Below, in pieces: positions 22,664-32,886 of a DNA stretch of 64,000 nt (position 1 is its first letter; the number at the start of each line of letters is the position of its first letter). The notes under the pieces were generated by a model. That model made no database searches. It worked only from the letters and a program-made list of their open reading frames with translations, and was not told the origin of the DNA. Origin of the DNA: a virus; IMG/VR virus record IMGVR_UViG_3300037549_000096. The stretch is one strand, 5' to 3'. Made by a program: the position numbers and the translations under genes.

Positions 22664-23023
22664 TCATAACTTTATCCCTTGTCTAATAATCTTAGAAAAT
22701 CCTCTAGGTGCATCAATCTTGATTAAATTACCGAATCTTTCTAATTCTTTTATATAATCGATGATATAATTTAAATCTTTATCATGTAAATAATTTACTT
22801 TAACATAATCTTGCCCTTTATATCGACCAATTATAATTACTGTACTTGGTTCGTGAAAACCAATATCCATATCTATTTCAGTTCGTTCTTTAATAAGTTT
22901 TTTAAGTTCACTTACTTCGTTAGAAATCGTATTAAATCTATCTCTGACATATTTTTCTTTAGATTCATTCATCATATCGTAATATTTAACTATTTCTCTC
23001 AATTTTCGTAAAAAATTAAACAT
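22664..23023 (-). CDS. hypothetical protein, first gene of the left arm
   Basis: GAGG RBS; ORF track. Confidence 0.7.
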   Translation of the reverse strand: MFNFLRKLREIVKYYDMMNESKEKYVRDRFNTISNEVSELKKLIKERTEIDMDIGFHEPSTVIIIGRYKGQDYVKVNYLHDKDLNYIIDYIKELERFGNLIKIDAPRGFSKIIRQGIKL

Positions 23024-23174
23024 ATCAACCTCTCTTTCTTAAGGTATACAGTGTAACGCTTCTGCATGGTTGTGTATACCTGTTATTTTTTACCATTTCC
23101 GTTGCTGGCCTGACCGTGATATCCTCAATGGTATGAGCAACCGGCCTCCTTCCCAAAATCGAGCTAACTCCTGT

Positions 23175-23200
23175 AAAGCCTCGCAGTTGCGGGGCTTTTT
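23175..23200 (+). terminator. terminator-like hairpin
   Basis: aaagcctcgc-agtt-gcggggc-ttttt. Confidence 0.55.
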
Positions 23201-23208
23201 GTTGGTCG

Positions 23209-23515
23209 GTGTTACATTTGTTACACTTCGTCACACGTTTTCTACACTGGAAAATGGAGTGGTCATGAAAGCTAAGTTGGCTTCAAATCATATAGTTAAA
23301 CTTGTCTCTCACTGTGTCACATTTCAGAGGGTGAAATGGTCCCTCGCGTATGTGTGTGTGTGCGCTATGTGTGTGCGCGATGTGTGCTTTTACGGTCGTG
23401 GCATGTGACACGGAAACAGGCTAATACATATATCTGGTTATGCGGGACTTATGCGTACAAATCACTCTAAAACCTAGTGTAGAAAGTCTGTGACGAAGTG
23501 TAACATCTGAAACAC
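23209..23515. repeat. nested imperfect inverted repeat, candidate replication origin
   Basis: arms 23219-23250 and 23474-23505 match 28/32 (extendable ~10 bp outward); inner arms 23312-23322 and 23403-23413 match 10/11; both pairs are centred on ~23362. Confidence 0.8.
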
Positions 23516-23549
23516 TTGATACCATTATACTTATAAATATTAAGATACT

Positions 23550-23645
23550 TCTTACTTAATTTATTCTTAAAATAATATATAATATATAATATATATCTTA
23601 TTTTAATATATTATTATATATATTATATAAGGTTTTTATTCAATT
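23550..23645. other. extremely AT-rich tract (possible DNA-unwinding element)
   Basis: almost purely A/T with TATAAT/ATTATA repeats on both strands. Confidence 0.6.
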
Positions 23646-24010
23646 TGTTCATCTTGGAAGGTTTTATGAAAAAACGCGAAAATAAGCACAAATTATGGCA
23701 ATCGATGATAAATTTAGATCTTACTCCTGATGAGTTTATTTATTTAAAAGCTTTAGGTCAGATTCGTGAACAGAGCCTTCGTCAGTTGGTATCTAATATT
23801 TTAAGACAAGAAATGAAAGCTTTTAATGATATAATTCAGTCTCACGTAGATACTAATGTAATGCTCCCTTCCTTGGAAGCTAACGCTTCCAAAAAGAGAT
23901 TAAGAGGAAGACCTAGATTAAAAGACGAGCGCGTGTATACCAAAGCTAGGAAGGAAGAAAAGTTACCTACTTCTATGCTACAATTAATAGAAGATCAAAT
24001 AGAGGATTGA
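23645..24010 (+). CDS. putative DNA-binding protein (RHH-like N-terminus, RGRPR AT-hook-like motif); likely start at 23666
   Basis: INLDLTPDEFIYLKALG...SLRQLVSNIL; KKRLRGRPR. Confidence 0.55.
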   Translation: MFILEGFMKKRENKHKLWQSMINLDLTPDEFIYLKALGQIREQSLRQLVSNILRQEMKAFNDIIQSHVDTNVMLPSLEANASKKRLRGRPRLKDERVYTKARKEEKLPTSMLQLIEDQIED

Positions 24011-24011
24011 A

Positions 24012-24275
24012 ATGCCTATTATATATGTTCCAAAGTTTATGAGCGATTTAGACTATAAACTATTAACAATAATGGATAATATGAATGGTAAAGTAAAATT
24101 TGATACTTATTTTCTCGATAAATATAATCTTAGCTATGTTAGAACTCATAATGCTTTTATGAGACTTAATAGAGAAGGGTTAGTCTTGTTTAAATGTAGA
24201 GATTCTGTTATAGTTGAGGTTGAACTGACTTATAAGGCTCAGTCGTTTTTAGCCGAACATATATTAGGTGTATAA
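24012..24275 (+). CDS. small winged-helix-like protein
   Basis: RLNREGLV...VELTYKAQSFL. Confidence 0.5.
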   Translation: MPIIYVPKFMSDLDYKLLTIMDNMNGKVKFDTYFLDKYNLSYVRTHNAFMRLNREGLVLFKCRDSVIVEVELTYKAQSFLAEHILGV

Positions 24276-25283
24276 TTGGATAATAAGAGTTTGTTTCCAG
24301 ATTCTCAATCTATGACATATGTAAACGCTACAATTAATTTTGTGGATACTGTTAATAACGTATTTGATGCTATCAGTCAGGATGGTTTACGTTTTATAAC
24401 TAATTGTCAATACTTAAAAATCAATGTTGATGCTTCTGGAGAGATTCATCATCCATGTTCAGGTGATACTTGTGTAATTAAGTTAATGCCTGATGGTTCT
24501 TCTAATTTAGAAAAGATTTATACTGTAACTCCTGTTGATAGTGACGGTGTTCCTACGTTAGATTTAGGGCCTTATAGTAAATATATGCCAGGAGACAAAC
24601 TATTAATAGCTAAAGGTGGTGCATTCCTTGGGTTATTAAGAAATGGTTTAACAAAAATAGGTGTTACTCCATTATGTCAAATGATATTTATGAAAATCGA
24701 AAGCTATACTCGTTGGATATCACGTAATATTGAGATATTGGCAAGTGGTTTTAGATTTTATTCAGTAAATGTGGATGGTGAGAATACCACTCGTTTATCT
24801 ATCTTTTTACAAGATGCTATGAATAGTAAGATGAAGAATGCTTCTTCATTATCTAGTGATTATGAGATAGTTGCTCAAGGTCATTCATTAGCTTTAATGT
24901 ATGGACCTAAAGATAGTAACGGAAATCGTATTAATGCAACTACAATAGATATGGTTAATTCAGGTGCTTTGTTTATTGATTTTACTGATCCTAAAACTGG
25001 TAAATTAGTACGTGAGTTAATGTTTACGCCTGATGGAAGTAGTTCAGATACTATTTATAACAATGATACAGCTATATATGAGAAAACAATTAATAACTTA
25101 GGTGATGTAGTATCGGTTTTAGAGAAGATATCGGGAGATTATACAGTTATTGTAGAAGGTCATTATGGTATTACTGCATTAAAAGATGTTAATTTAAATG
25201 GTAATAACGTTAACTCTGTAGCAGTTATTTCGCATTCTATTCAAGCCCCTGCAACACTACATGATACGGATGTAAAAATATGA
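24276..25283 (+). CDS. putative baseplate/spike-related protein
   Basis: beta-rich, with C-terminal ISGDYTVIVEG..ITA..DVNLNG spike-like strands; heads the tail module. Confidence 0.4.
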   Translation: MDNKSLFPDSQSMTYVNATINFVDTVNNVFDAISQDGLRFITNCQYLKINVDASGEIHHPCSGDTCVIKLMPDGSSNLEKIYTVTPVDSDGVPTLDLGPYSKYMPGDKLLIAKGGAFLGLLRNGLTKIGVTPLCQMIFMKIESYTRWISRNIEILASGFRFYSVNVDGENTTRLSIFLQDAMNSKMKNASSLSSDYEIVAQGHSLALMYGPKDSNGNRINATTIDMVNSGALFIDFTDPKTGKLVRELMFTPDGSSSDTIYNNDTAIYEKTINNLGDVVSVLEKISGDYTVIVEGHYGITALKDVNLNGNNVNSVAVISHSIQAPATLHDTDVKI

Positions 25284-25825
25284 TTAAATCAAGTGATTTA
25301 ATGCATGGTGATGTATTACTTTATAAACATAATTTACGTAGATCAAGTTTTATTGTTAGAGGAATTCATTTTATTACTGGAGCCGACGTAGAACATGCTT
25401 CAATTATATGGGAAGTTGATCGTATTAAATATGTGTTAGAGCAATTATCAGAACGTACACACTCCTTATTAAAGTTTTATTATGAATTAACTGGAGAAGA
25501 TATCATTGTTGTGCGTCCTTTATTTCCCATACCTGAGCAAGATGATAAAAAGATGTTCCGTAGAGAGAATTATGGTTACTCTACGATTATTGACTCTTTA
25601 CTTAATCATGGTATGGGTAGAATTTCGTTTGGTTATTGGACTTATAAACCTATAGTCCGAAAGTACTATGAGAAAGAATTAACTGATTGTTCTGGAATGG
25701 TCGCATTAATGTTAAAATTAACAAAGAATACAGATTGGTGTAAATATCCTTCTGTTGTGGAACCTGGAACATATTTACAACACCCTGAATCGTTTCTTCT
25801 GTTAGGGCCAGTAGATTGGAGTTAA
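25280..25825 (+). CDS. permuted NlpC/P60 papain-like (YiiX/YaeF-type) enzyme
   Basis: GDVLL...EHASI (His first), Y.Y, then DCSGMVA (Cys last). Confidence 0.7.
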   Translation: MIKSSDLMHGDVLLYKHNLRRSSFIVRGIHFITGADVEHASIIWEVDRIKYVLEQLSERTHSLLKFYYELTGEDIIVVRPLFPIPEQDDKKMFRRENYGYSTIIDSLLNHGMGRISFGYWTYKPIVRKYYEKELTDCSGMVALMLKLTKNTDWCKYPSVVEPGTYLQHPESFLLLGPVDWS

Positions 25826-25901
25826 TATGTGGACACATATGATGGCTGTGCTTCATTATAAAAAGCCAGTTGCGGTTCAAGTGTTTAAAGAAAGGAGAAA
25901 T

Positions 25902-26288
25902 ATGGAATTACCTAAAACTAGTATTGCTTATATAGATGAAGGTCATATTGAAATATTAAATAAAATTCTTAAATTAGATAAAATTACGAATCGTGAGGAA
26001 TATTTTACTAATTGTATAGAAGTTCTTAATAGTTTAAATAATGATTTGTTTGAAGAAGAAGAATTAATGAAAGAGATTCATTATCCTGGTTTAAAAATTC
26101 ATCAATTAGATCATGAGTCTCTTCATAATTTCTTTAAAGTATTCATTAAACCACTTATGTTTGATAAAAGTGATAAAGATTCAATTATTAGAGAATGTGT
26201 ATTAGGGTTACGTTATCATATTCAAAAACATGATGTACCTTTAGCTGAGTATATTAATAGTTCTGATGTAACTATTCCTGGTGTTTAA
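25902..26288 (+). CDS. bacteriohemerythrin-like protein
   Basis: AAGGAG RBS before MELPK; IDEGH...FEEEELM...YP...HQLDH...HIQKHD. Confidence 0.8.
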   Translation: MELPKTSIAYIDEGHIEILNKILKLDKITNREEYFTNCIEVLNSLNNDLFEEEELMKEIHYPGLKIHQLDHESLHNFFKVFIKPLMFDKSDKDSIIRECVLGLRYHIQKHDVPLAEYINSSDVTIPGV

Positions 26289-28372
26289 TGTCTGAATCGT
26301 TAGATAGTCAAGTAGCTTCTGCTGGTAATAATATAGTAGAATCTATTCAAAAAGCATACAGTTCTAATACTATTGATAATTCAGTCATATCGAACCCTAC
26401 TGCGGCTCTAAGTCAACGTGTACCTCAAAATAAAATAGAATTACCTTTTAAATCATGTAATTTAGATATTGATTTCTTAAATACTTATAATAATTTAGAT
26501 ATGAGTAAGGATATTAAATCATTATCATTAGATCCGGTTATGAAACGTCTTATACAAGAGAAAAATGATATCTTAAGAGCTATTGAAGGCTGGGTTGCAA
26601 GTCAAGCTAATGATGGTGCTAGACAACCACTCTTGGCGACTACTATTACAAAATGGATTCAAAAAGCTATTGGTTATATGCGTTGCGGTATCATGCTTAT
26701 TCAACAAATTACCGAATTAATTAATGGTTGGATTACGGCTATATTGGCTTTAATTGATAATATTGAACAGTTAATTATGTCTGATATTATAGCCGCTAAT
26801 CGTTTAATTACACAAATGCAAACGATAGGTGATCAACTTAAAAATGAAGCCAGTGTTATGCAGGCTATATTAAGAATTTATGCATATCAAGATTTTATCG
26901 CTTTATATAATGAAACATTAGCTTTAGAAAAACAGGTTAATAGTGTTAAGGCTCAGTTTTCTAAAGATCATATGAAAGCTATGCAGACTTCTTTATTGAA
27001 TTCATTTTTATGTATCTTAAATATGTTTAATCGTACTGTTAATAGGATTCAACGTAATAAAAATATGCAAGTTAGTTTACAAAGTGCTGTTACTAATTTA
27101 AGAACACAATTAGCTGCTGTTAAAAATATAGATTTAACCATACCTATTAATCCTGGAGGTATTAATCCGGGTGCATTGAGTAACTTTACAATCACTAATA
27201 ATAATGGAATATTTACTAGTTATGATTCTTTGACAAAAACTACATTATTAAATCAACTAAATAATGCGAAACTTTTAGGTATTCACAATATTACTGAATG
27301 GACTACGATATTTACAGCTAGTGAAGCTGGTTATATTACCTTCTCTGCTAATAACTTTGGAGCGTTTCAGTTAGGTGCTACTTTTGATATGCCTAGTTTA
27401 TGTCCTGGCTCTAATATTACAGGACAACTTATTATTAATGGCGGTGATTGGGTTATTCAAACTTCCGTCTCTGGTAAACATGATGAAATAGACGATAACT
27501 CTATTACTGGTTATGCTACTAAGAATGGTATTTTTACTAAAGTACCATCTGCGCCTAGTCCTATAATGCAAATGAAAGTAGCATTTGATGATTTCATACG
27601 AGCAATTAATCGACCTGCTATTTTAAACACTTATGCAGCTAGTCATACGTTGATTTTAGATCCTACACAGCCAGGGGTTGTTACTCCTACATTATCTAAT
27701 CCTAATGGTTGTCAAATGATTAGTGTACCTGATATTTATAATGATAATGGTGATTACTATGTACTACAAGGAACTTTACCTACTTTAAGTGATCCTACTG
27801 GTTATACGGTTGATGATGTTAGTAAAATCAATCAAATGGTTCGTTATCCTACTCAATCTGAAATAGCTTTTTTTGAAGCACAATATACGAGTATTTTACA
27901 AACGCTTAACGTATCGGTTGATTTGTATAATCCTAGTATTTATAATTTTTTAAATACATCACTGAATCCGTTAGCTTCTAGTATTACAATTCCTAATACG
28001 TTAACAAAATTAGAAGCACAAATTTATGTTTATATTTTAAATTTAAACCCAGGAATACTAGCATTAGATTTATGGGCATTATTAAATACTAGCACATTAC
28101 ATTATCCTATTTATAATAGTGGTGGAACTGATATTGTATTAGGCTTCAGTTTACCGTTTGATACTCAACTTCAATCAAACCTCCTTGGAAGCAAACCTTT
28201 TGCTGGATTACAGATTTATACAAGTGCTTTGACTTTTGAAATATGTAGATATTCTAGTGATCCGTTGAATATGCCTTATTTTATAGATAATGGCGGTCTA
28301 ACCACTGATCATGTGGTATCATTTGGTATTCAAGCTGATTGGGGATTTGCCCCTATCGCACAATTGTCATAG
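26288..28372 (+). CDS. large hypothetical structural protein (helical N-terminus)
   Basis: 694-aa ORF within the tail module. Confidence 0.6.
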   Translation: MSESLDSQVASAGNNIVESIQKAYSSNTIDNSVISNPTAALSQRVPQNKIELPFKSCNLDIDFLNTYNNLDMSKDIKSLSLDPVMKRLIQEKNDILRAIEGWVASQANDGARQPLLATTITKWIQKAIGYMRCGIMLIQQITELINGWITAILALIDNIEQLIMSDIIAANRLITQMQTIGDQLKNEASVMQAILRIYAYQDFIALYNETLALEKQVNSVKAQFSKDHMKAMQTSLLNSFLCILNMFNRTVNRIQRNKNMQVSLQSAVTNLRTQLAAVKNIDLTIPINPGGINPGALSNFTITNNNGIFTSYDSLTKTTLLNQLNNAKLLGIHNITEWTTIFTASEAGYITFSANNFGAFQLGATFDMPSLCPGSNITGQLIINGGDWVIQTSVSGKHDEIDDNSITGYATKNGIFTKVPSAPSPIMQMKVAFDDFIRAINRPAILNTYAASHTLILDPTQPGVVTPTLSNPNGCQMISVPDIYNDNGDYYVLQGTLPTLSDPTGYTVDDVSKINQMVRYPTQSEIAFFEAQYTSILQTLNVSVDLYNPSIYNFLNTSLNPLASSITIPNTLTKLEAQIYVYILNLNPGILALDLWALLNTSTLHYPIYNSGGTDIVLGFSLPFDTQLQSNLLGSKPFAGLQIYTSALTFEICRYSSDPLNMPYFIDNGGLTTDHVVSFGIQADWGFAPIAQLS

Positions 28373-28381
28373 GAGACAAAA

Positions 28382-28882
28382 ATGTCAGATCAAGACGTTA
28401 ATCAAGATGGAAGTATGAAAGTTGATCCAGAGTTACAGTTTAAAATTCTTTCTAAGGATGACCAATTACTTTATAAGACTTCACAAGAAGAGTTAGATGA
28501 TTCATTCTATTCAATTATTGCTTTAATGTCGTGGACTAAGACATTTAATGTTGGTAGTAAGCTTAAACTTACATTTACTACGATTTCAGATGATCAGAAA
28601 ATGGTGTTACTATCTTCTATGAAGAAGTGGGCTAGTGATAACGATGCTTCTTCTACGATGTTTGATCAACACTTAAATAAATTGAATCTCGCTAACTATT
28701 TATCGTATATAGAAATTAATAATGATCCTATCAATCTTCGTGAAAAGACCGTTGAAGATAGAATGGAATTTTTAGGAACACAAGCTGAAGCTTCTCTTCA
28801 GTTATATGGAACATATCTTTATGTGTTTCTTGAGATTATTCGTAAAGCTTTAGTGAGTCAGGTAAGTATAAAAAACTCCTAG
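28382..28882 (+). CDS. tail assembly chaperone (G-like)
   Basis: acidic ~166 aa; ends in an A AAA AAC slippery site; two genes upstream of the tape measure. Confidence 0.7.
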   Translation: MSDQDVNQDGSMKVDPELQFKILSKDDQLLYKTSQEELDDSFYSIIALMSWTKTFNVGSKLKLTFTTISDDQKMVLLSSMKKWASDNDASSTMFDQHLNKLNLANYLSYIEINNDPINLREKTVEDRMEFLGTQAEASLQLYGTYLYVFLEIIRKALVSQVSIKNS

Positions 28883-28927
28883 AGTCTCCGCGTGGAATAA
28901 GACTAGCTATGCTAGTTTCGCGGGGAC
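28870..28927 (+). promoter_or_regulatory. programmed -1 ribosomal frameshift signal
   Basis: A AAA AAC at 28870-28876, 7-nt spacer, 9-bp stem 28884-28892/28919-28927; the -1 frame is open into 28909..29256. Confidence 0.8.
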
Positions 28928-29256
28928 AAATTAAAGAGTTTGAGTTTATAGAGCGAATTGATGTTAGATATTTATTTTTATTACTAAAAGATCATGCAAT
29001 GGAACTGGAAATTCAAAGAGATCTATATCATGATATCGCTATATTAACATCTAACTCTAATGATCCTAACAAATTTACACTTTTAGATAAAATTCAAAAA
29101 CTTTATAATAGTAAATTTAAAACATCAATTGAAAAACTTATCGAAGGATATAAAGAAGAGTTTAAGGATGGTAAACCTAAAGAAGTTACTATTAAGTTTA
29201 AACAAAGTGATAAAAAGAAAGTTAGAGATTTGGTTAAGATAATGAAGGAAAAATAA
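28909..29256 (+). CDS. tail assembly chaperone frameshift extension (T-like)
   Basis: in the -1 frame of the upstream gene; no clear RBS of its own. Confidence 0.7.
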   Translation: MLVSRGQIKEFEFIERIDVRYLFLLLKDHAMELEIQRDLYHDIAILTSNSNDPNKFTLLDKIQKLYNSKFKTSIEKLIEGYKEEFKDGKPKEVTIKFKQSDKKKVRDLVKIMKEK

Positions 29257-32200
29257 TGCCCGATCAACCTCAACCAGATTTTAGCCAGAATCAACAGTTT
29301 GCACCAGGGTTTCAGCCTCAAATGCCGATCCCTGGTATTTCTTCGTCTTATCAAAGTGGTCAACAACCGTTTCAACCTCAGTTTAATTATAATCAATCTT
29401 CAGATTATATATCTAGTAATTCTGTTAATAGTTCTAAAGTAACAATGGCTTTAGCTCAACAGAACTTAATGAATTCCATGCATACAGCCATGCTTGGAAC
29501 ATTAACAGCTTTTTCTGATATGGGTAGACGCGGTAGTAATATGATTACTGCTATGTCTCCTGCTGGTAGATATAACGATATGCTTGCGCCTAATCAAAAT
29601 TGGGCGCTTGAATCTTCGTTCAGAAGAGAAGCTGGTTTTGGTATAGCTAATATGATGGGTTTAGATCCTCATAATAGTGTTATGAGTCGTTTGATTCAAG
29701 GTAGAAGACCTGAATTCTTAACAGAAGGTGAATATTCTTCTACAATGGGTTATGCTAATCAATTAAGAATGAGTCAAATAGCTAAAGTGGGAATTGGCTT
29801 TGCTGGTAGTTCTGCCTTATCTTATGGTGCTGGTGCTTTAGGATTAGGGTTAGCTCCAGCTTTAGCTATTCCTATGGTTGGTGGAATGGTTTTAGATCGT
29901 GCCTTAGAAGCACATTTTGCCGAAAAAGAAGATTTAGTTAAACAACAAATGTATGTAAAAAATAAACGAGTTGGTGTTGGTCAACAATTTATCGGTACTG
30001 GTGATATGGCAAAAGTTCATGGAGCCTTCTATGAACAAGAAAACCCTTATTGGTCACGCTTTTTTGGTGATAACGCTTTAGGGAATGCTTTTAAACCTGA
30101 TGTTCAAAAATTAAAATTATTTACTGCGGCTAATGAAGGTGGATTGTTATCTAATGAAAGTCTGGACGCAGATAGCCTTATTCGTCAAATTAATAAAATA
30201 TCTGAAACTGTAGAAAAGTTTTCTCGTATAGGTAAAGTCACTAGAGAAGCTTCAGTAAAAATGATGAGTGAACTTAAGGGCGCAGGTATTCATGGAGATA
30301 ATTTATTATCTAGCTATAAACAATCTGCATTAACCTCTAGTTTAACTGGTATTGATATGGATCAGTTAGTAGGTATGAAAGCTATGTCTGCGCGTGGTGG
30401 TGCTACAATGGGTTTTGATACTTATTCTGCTGGCGCAAATTACGAAAATACTTTATCCGGTTTTGCTATGATGCAAGCTAATGGCTTATTTAAACAAAAA
30501 GATATTATGCGTATGACTCAAGTTGTTAATCAGAAAAATACTGAAGGTGGACCTCAAGATATTGTAGATGGTATTTTAAGATTTGGCTCATTAGAGAACT
30601 ATAAAGCTTATTTAGTAAAATTAGGTGGAGGTAATGCAGCGGTTGGTCAATTAAATATGAATTTACTTAATTATCCAGTCATTAATAAAGTACAAGGCGC
30701 TATAGATCAAGCTGAAAAATCAGGTAAATATAAAACATGGGATACATTAAGTCAAGATACTTTGGTTAGATCTGTTATAGGTACTTCTCAAGAATTACAA
30801 TTAGTAGGTCGTGAACATTATTTAGGTTTAGATACTATTACAAAAGATGATCGAATTAGACAGGCTATGAGATTGGCTGGAAATGAACCCGAATCAGCTT
30901 CAATTATGCGTATGGGTTTTATGGGTCAGACTCATGAAAGTACAATGAAATTATTTAATAGAGGTATTAGACAGGTTGATAGTGTTGATATTTCTAATGC
31001 TAGTGTTTTTGTTAATTCTACTCCCGGTTTACGTAAAGAAGCAGCTTTAATTAAAGCTAAGTTTGGTAATAAAAATTTTACTTCATTAAATGATTTTGAA
31101 GAAGTTAACGCTTATTTAAACACTAATATGAAAATAACATCTGATGGTAAATTTGAAAGAGAAGATCTAGAAAATAAAGGAAATAGATCTGGTTTTACAC
31201 AAGATAGAAGACAAGATCAATTAGCTGTATTAAGATTAGGTTTAGGAAAAGATAAAGTTGATAAATTGTTTAGTTTAGGTATGTCCGAAGAAGAAGCAGG
31301 TACTCCATTTAGTAGAATTTCACAACATTTAGAAGCTACAGGAATTAACCGAAGAACTGATAATGAAGATTCTAGACACTTAATAGGAATTATAACTGAA
31401 TTGGGGTCCAGTAAATTAAAAAAATTAGGCGGAGTATTAACTGATACATGGAATACTGGTAATTATTCAAATAAAGCTAAAACATCAGCTACTACTCAAA
31501 CTTATTTAGCAGACGTTAGAAAGGCTTTGAAAAATAGTAACATAGATCAAAATGTTATTGATTTGTTAGATAATAAAACATCTACAGTTTTATCAGCACT
31601 TGGTCTTAGTGAAAAATCTGGAAGTGCTTTTGATAGAAAATTATTTAATTTTATACAAGGAAAAGGTTATACAGGCAATGAAGATGTATTAGGCGGTATT
31701 ATAGGAGCGATTGATTCAGATACATATGGCAGAAACGCTAGAACTCAGCAAATAGAAATGTCTAGAGCTAAAGAAATGGGTGATTGGAGTGTGGATAGAT
31801 TAAGAAAAGCTTATGCTCCATTTAAATCTTTAGGTGGTAAATATATTGATGATAATGGAAGACTTTTAGAAAGTAGTATAACTAAAGATGAAGGTGGCGC
31901 TGAAGTAGTTACAAAAGAAGCAAAACAAGCTTTATATAAAACATTAGCAGGATTAAAAGGCGATAGTAAAGCTTATGCGGAAAAAGCTTTAGATATAGAT
32001 GATAAGGGATTAGATAAAATTAAACGTAATTTAGCTAGTGGTCTTTCTTTAACAACAGAAGAGTTTAATGTTTATTCAAGTAAATTATTTAATATGGATA
32101 AAGGGTTAGATGATACTATTAGAAAACAATATGAACAAAATCTAAAAGATGCTCAAGATCCTTCGGGAGCAGCTATTGAAACATTAAACCATATATTAAC

Positions 32201-32291
32201 AAAAGTATATAATACAATGTCTGGTCACTCAGAAGCTAATACAGCTAAAGCTGGTGGTATAGTTGAAGCGTGGGACAAAAAGAAGAAATAA
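29256..32291 (+). CDS. tape measure-like protein
   Basis: 1011 aa, A/G/M-rich helical, with a hydrophobic Gly-rich segment; follows the frameshifted chaperone pair. Confidence 0.7.
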   Translation: MPDQPQPDFSQNQQFAPGFQPQMPIPGISSSYQSGQQPFQPQFNYNQSSDYISSNSVNSSKVTMALAQQNLMNSMHTAMLGTLTAFSDMGRRGSNMITAMSPAGRYNDMLAPNQNWALESSFRREAGFGIANMMGLDPHNSVMSRLIQGRRPEFLTEGEYSSTMGYANQLRMSQIAKVGIGFAGSSALSYGAGALGLGLAPALAIPMVGGMVLDRALEAHFAEKEDLVKQQMYVKNKRVGVGQQFIGTGDMAKVHGAFYEQENPYWSRFFGDNALGNAFKPDVQKLKLFTAANEGGLLSNESLDADSLIRQINKISETVEKFSRIGKVTREASVKMMSELKGAGIHGDNLLSSYKQSALTSSLTGIDMDQLVGMKAMSARGGATMGFDTYSAGANYENTLSGFAMMQANGLFKQKDIMRMTQVVNQKNTEGGPQDIVDGILRFGSLENYKAYLVKLGGGNAAVGQLNMNLLNYPVINKVQGAIDQAEKSGKYKTWDTLSQDTLVRSVIGTSQELQLVGREHYLGLDTITKDDRIRQAMRLAGNEPESASIMRMGFMGQTHESTMKLFNRGIRQVDSVDISNASVFVNSTPGLRKEAALIKAKFGNKNFTSLNDFEEVNAYLNTNMKITSDGKFEREDLENKGNRSGFTQDRRQDQLAVLRLGLGKDKVDKLFSLGMSEEEAGTPFSRISQHLEATGINRRTDNEDSRHLIGIITELGSSKLKKLGGVLTDTWNTGNYSNKAKTSATTQTYLADVRKALKNSNIDQNVIDLLDNKTSTVLSALGLSEKSGSAFDRKLFNFIQGKGYTGNEDVLGGIIGAIDSDTYGRNARTQQIEMSRAKEMGDWSVDRLRKAYAPFKSLGGKYIDDNGRLLESSITKDEGGAEVVTKEAKQALYKTLAGLKGDSKAYAEKALDIDDKGLDKIKRNLASGLSLTTEEFNVYSSKLFNMDKGLDDTIRKQYEQNLKDAQDPSGAAIETLNHILTKVYNTMSGHSEANTAKAGGIVEAWDKKKK

Positions 32292-32878
32292 TGTCGGATA
32301 ATGTAAATCAAGATATAGCTAAAAGAATATTAACAGAGCTTAACGCTCCGTTAAATGAGGCTAATCTTAAATTCTTAAATTCTTGGATGGCACAGGAAGG
32401 TACTAAAGCTAAATATAATCCATTATCTTCAACGTTAACTGTTCCAGGTTCAACTAATTTTAATAAGAATAATGGTTATCCTGTACAGAATTATCCAGAT
32501 ATAGAAACTGGCGCAAAAGCAATAGCTCGTACAATCTCTAGAGGATATCCAGAAATAAAAACAGGTTTAAGAACTGGTGATCCTTCTAAAATTGTGTTTT
32601 CTAAAGAATTTCAAAAATGGTCAGGTACAACTGACGATTCATACTCTCAGGCTATAGCAAAACGATTAGGTATTCAAGGTAGTGGTTCTGTAGTATCGAC
32701 TGATCCATATAAATCTAAAAAAGAACAAAAACCTGCTTCTGATTCATTTTTTGACCAATTTGGAAAACTAGAACCTATTTTAAAAAGTTTTCAAGCATTA
32801 CCACAGGAAAAAATAAATGGATTAGGTAAATTTTTATTAAACGCTGGTAAAGGCAAATTAATTAATCCATTTAAATAG
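32291..32878 (+). CDS. virion-associated lysozyme-like peptidoglycan hydrolase
   Basis: WMAQEG...NPL.ST...VQNY...G.KA.A.TI pattern; TAATG-coupled to the tape measure (track start 32270). Confidence 0.55.
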   Translation: MSDNVNQDIAKRILTELNAPLNEANLKFLNSWMAQEGTKAKYNPLSSTLTVPGSTNFNKNNGYPVQNYPDIETGAKAIARTISRGYPEIKTGLRTGDPSKIVFSKEFQKWSGTTDDSYSQAIAKRLGIQGSGSVVSTDPYKSKKEQKPASDSFFDQFGKLEPILKSFQALPQEKINGLGKFLLNAGKGKLINPFK

Positions 32879-32886
32879 GATATAAA

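Noticed and set aside
23025-23408. Track ORFs 23025..23234 and 23070..23408
   Set aside because: They translate the palindrome and TG repeat (VCVCAMCV), lack an RBS and are likely spurious.
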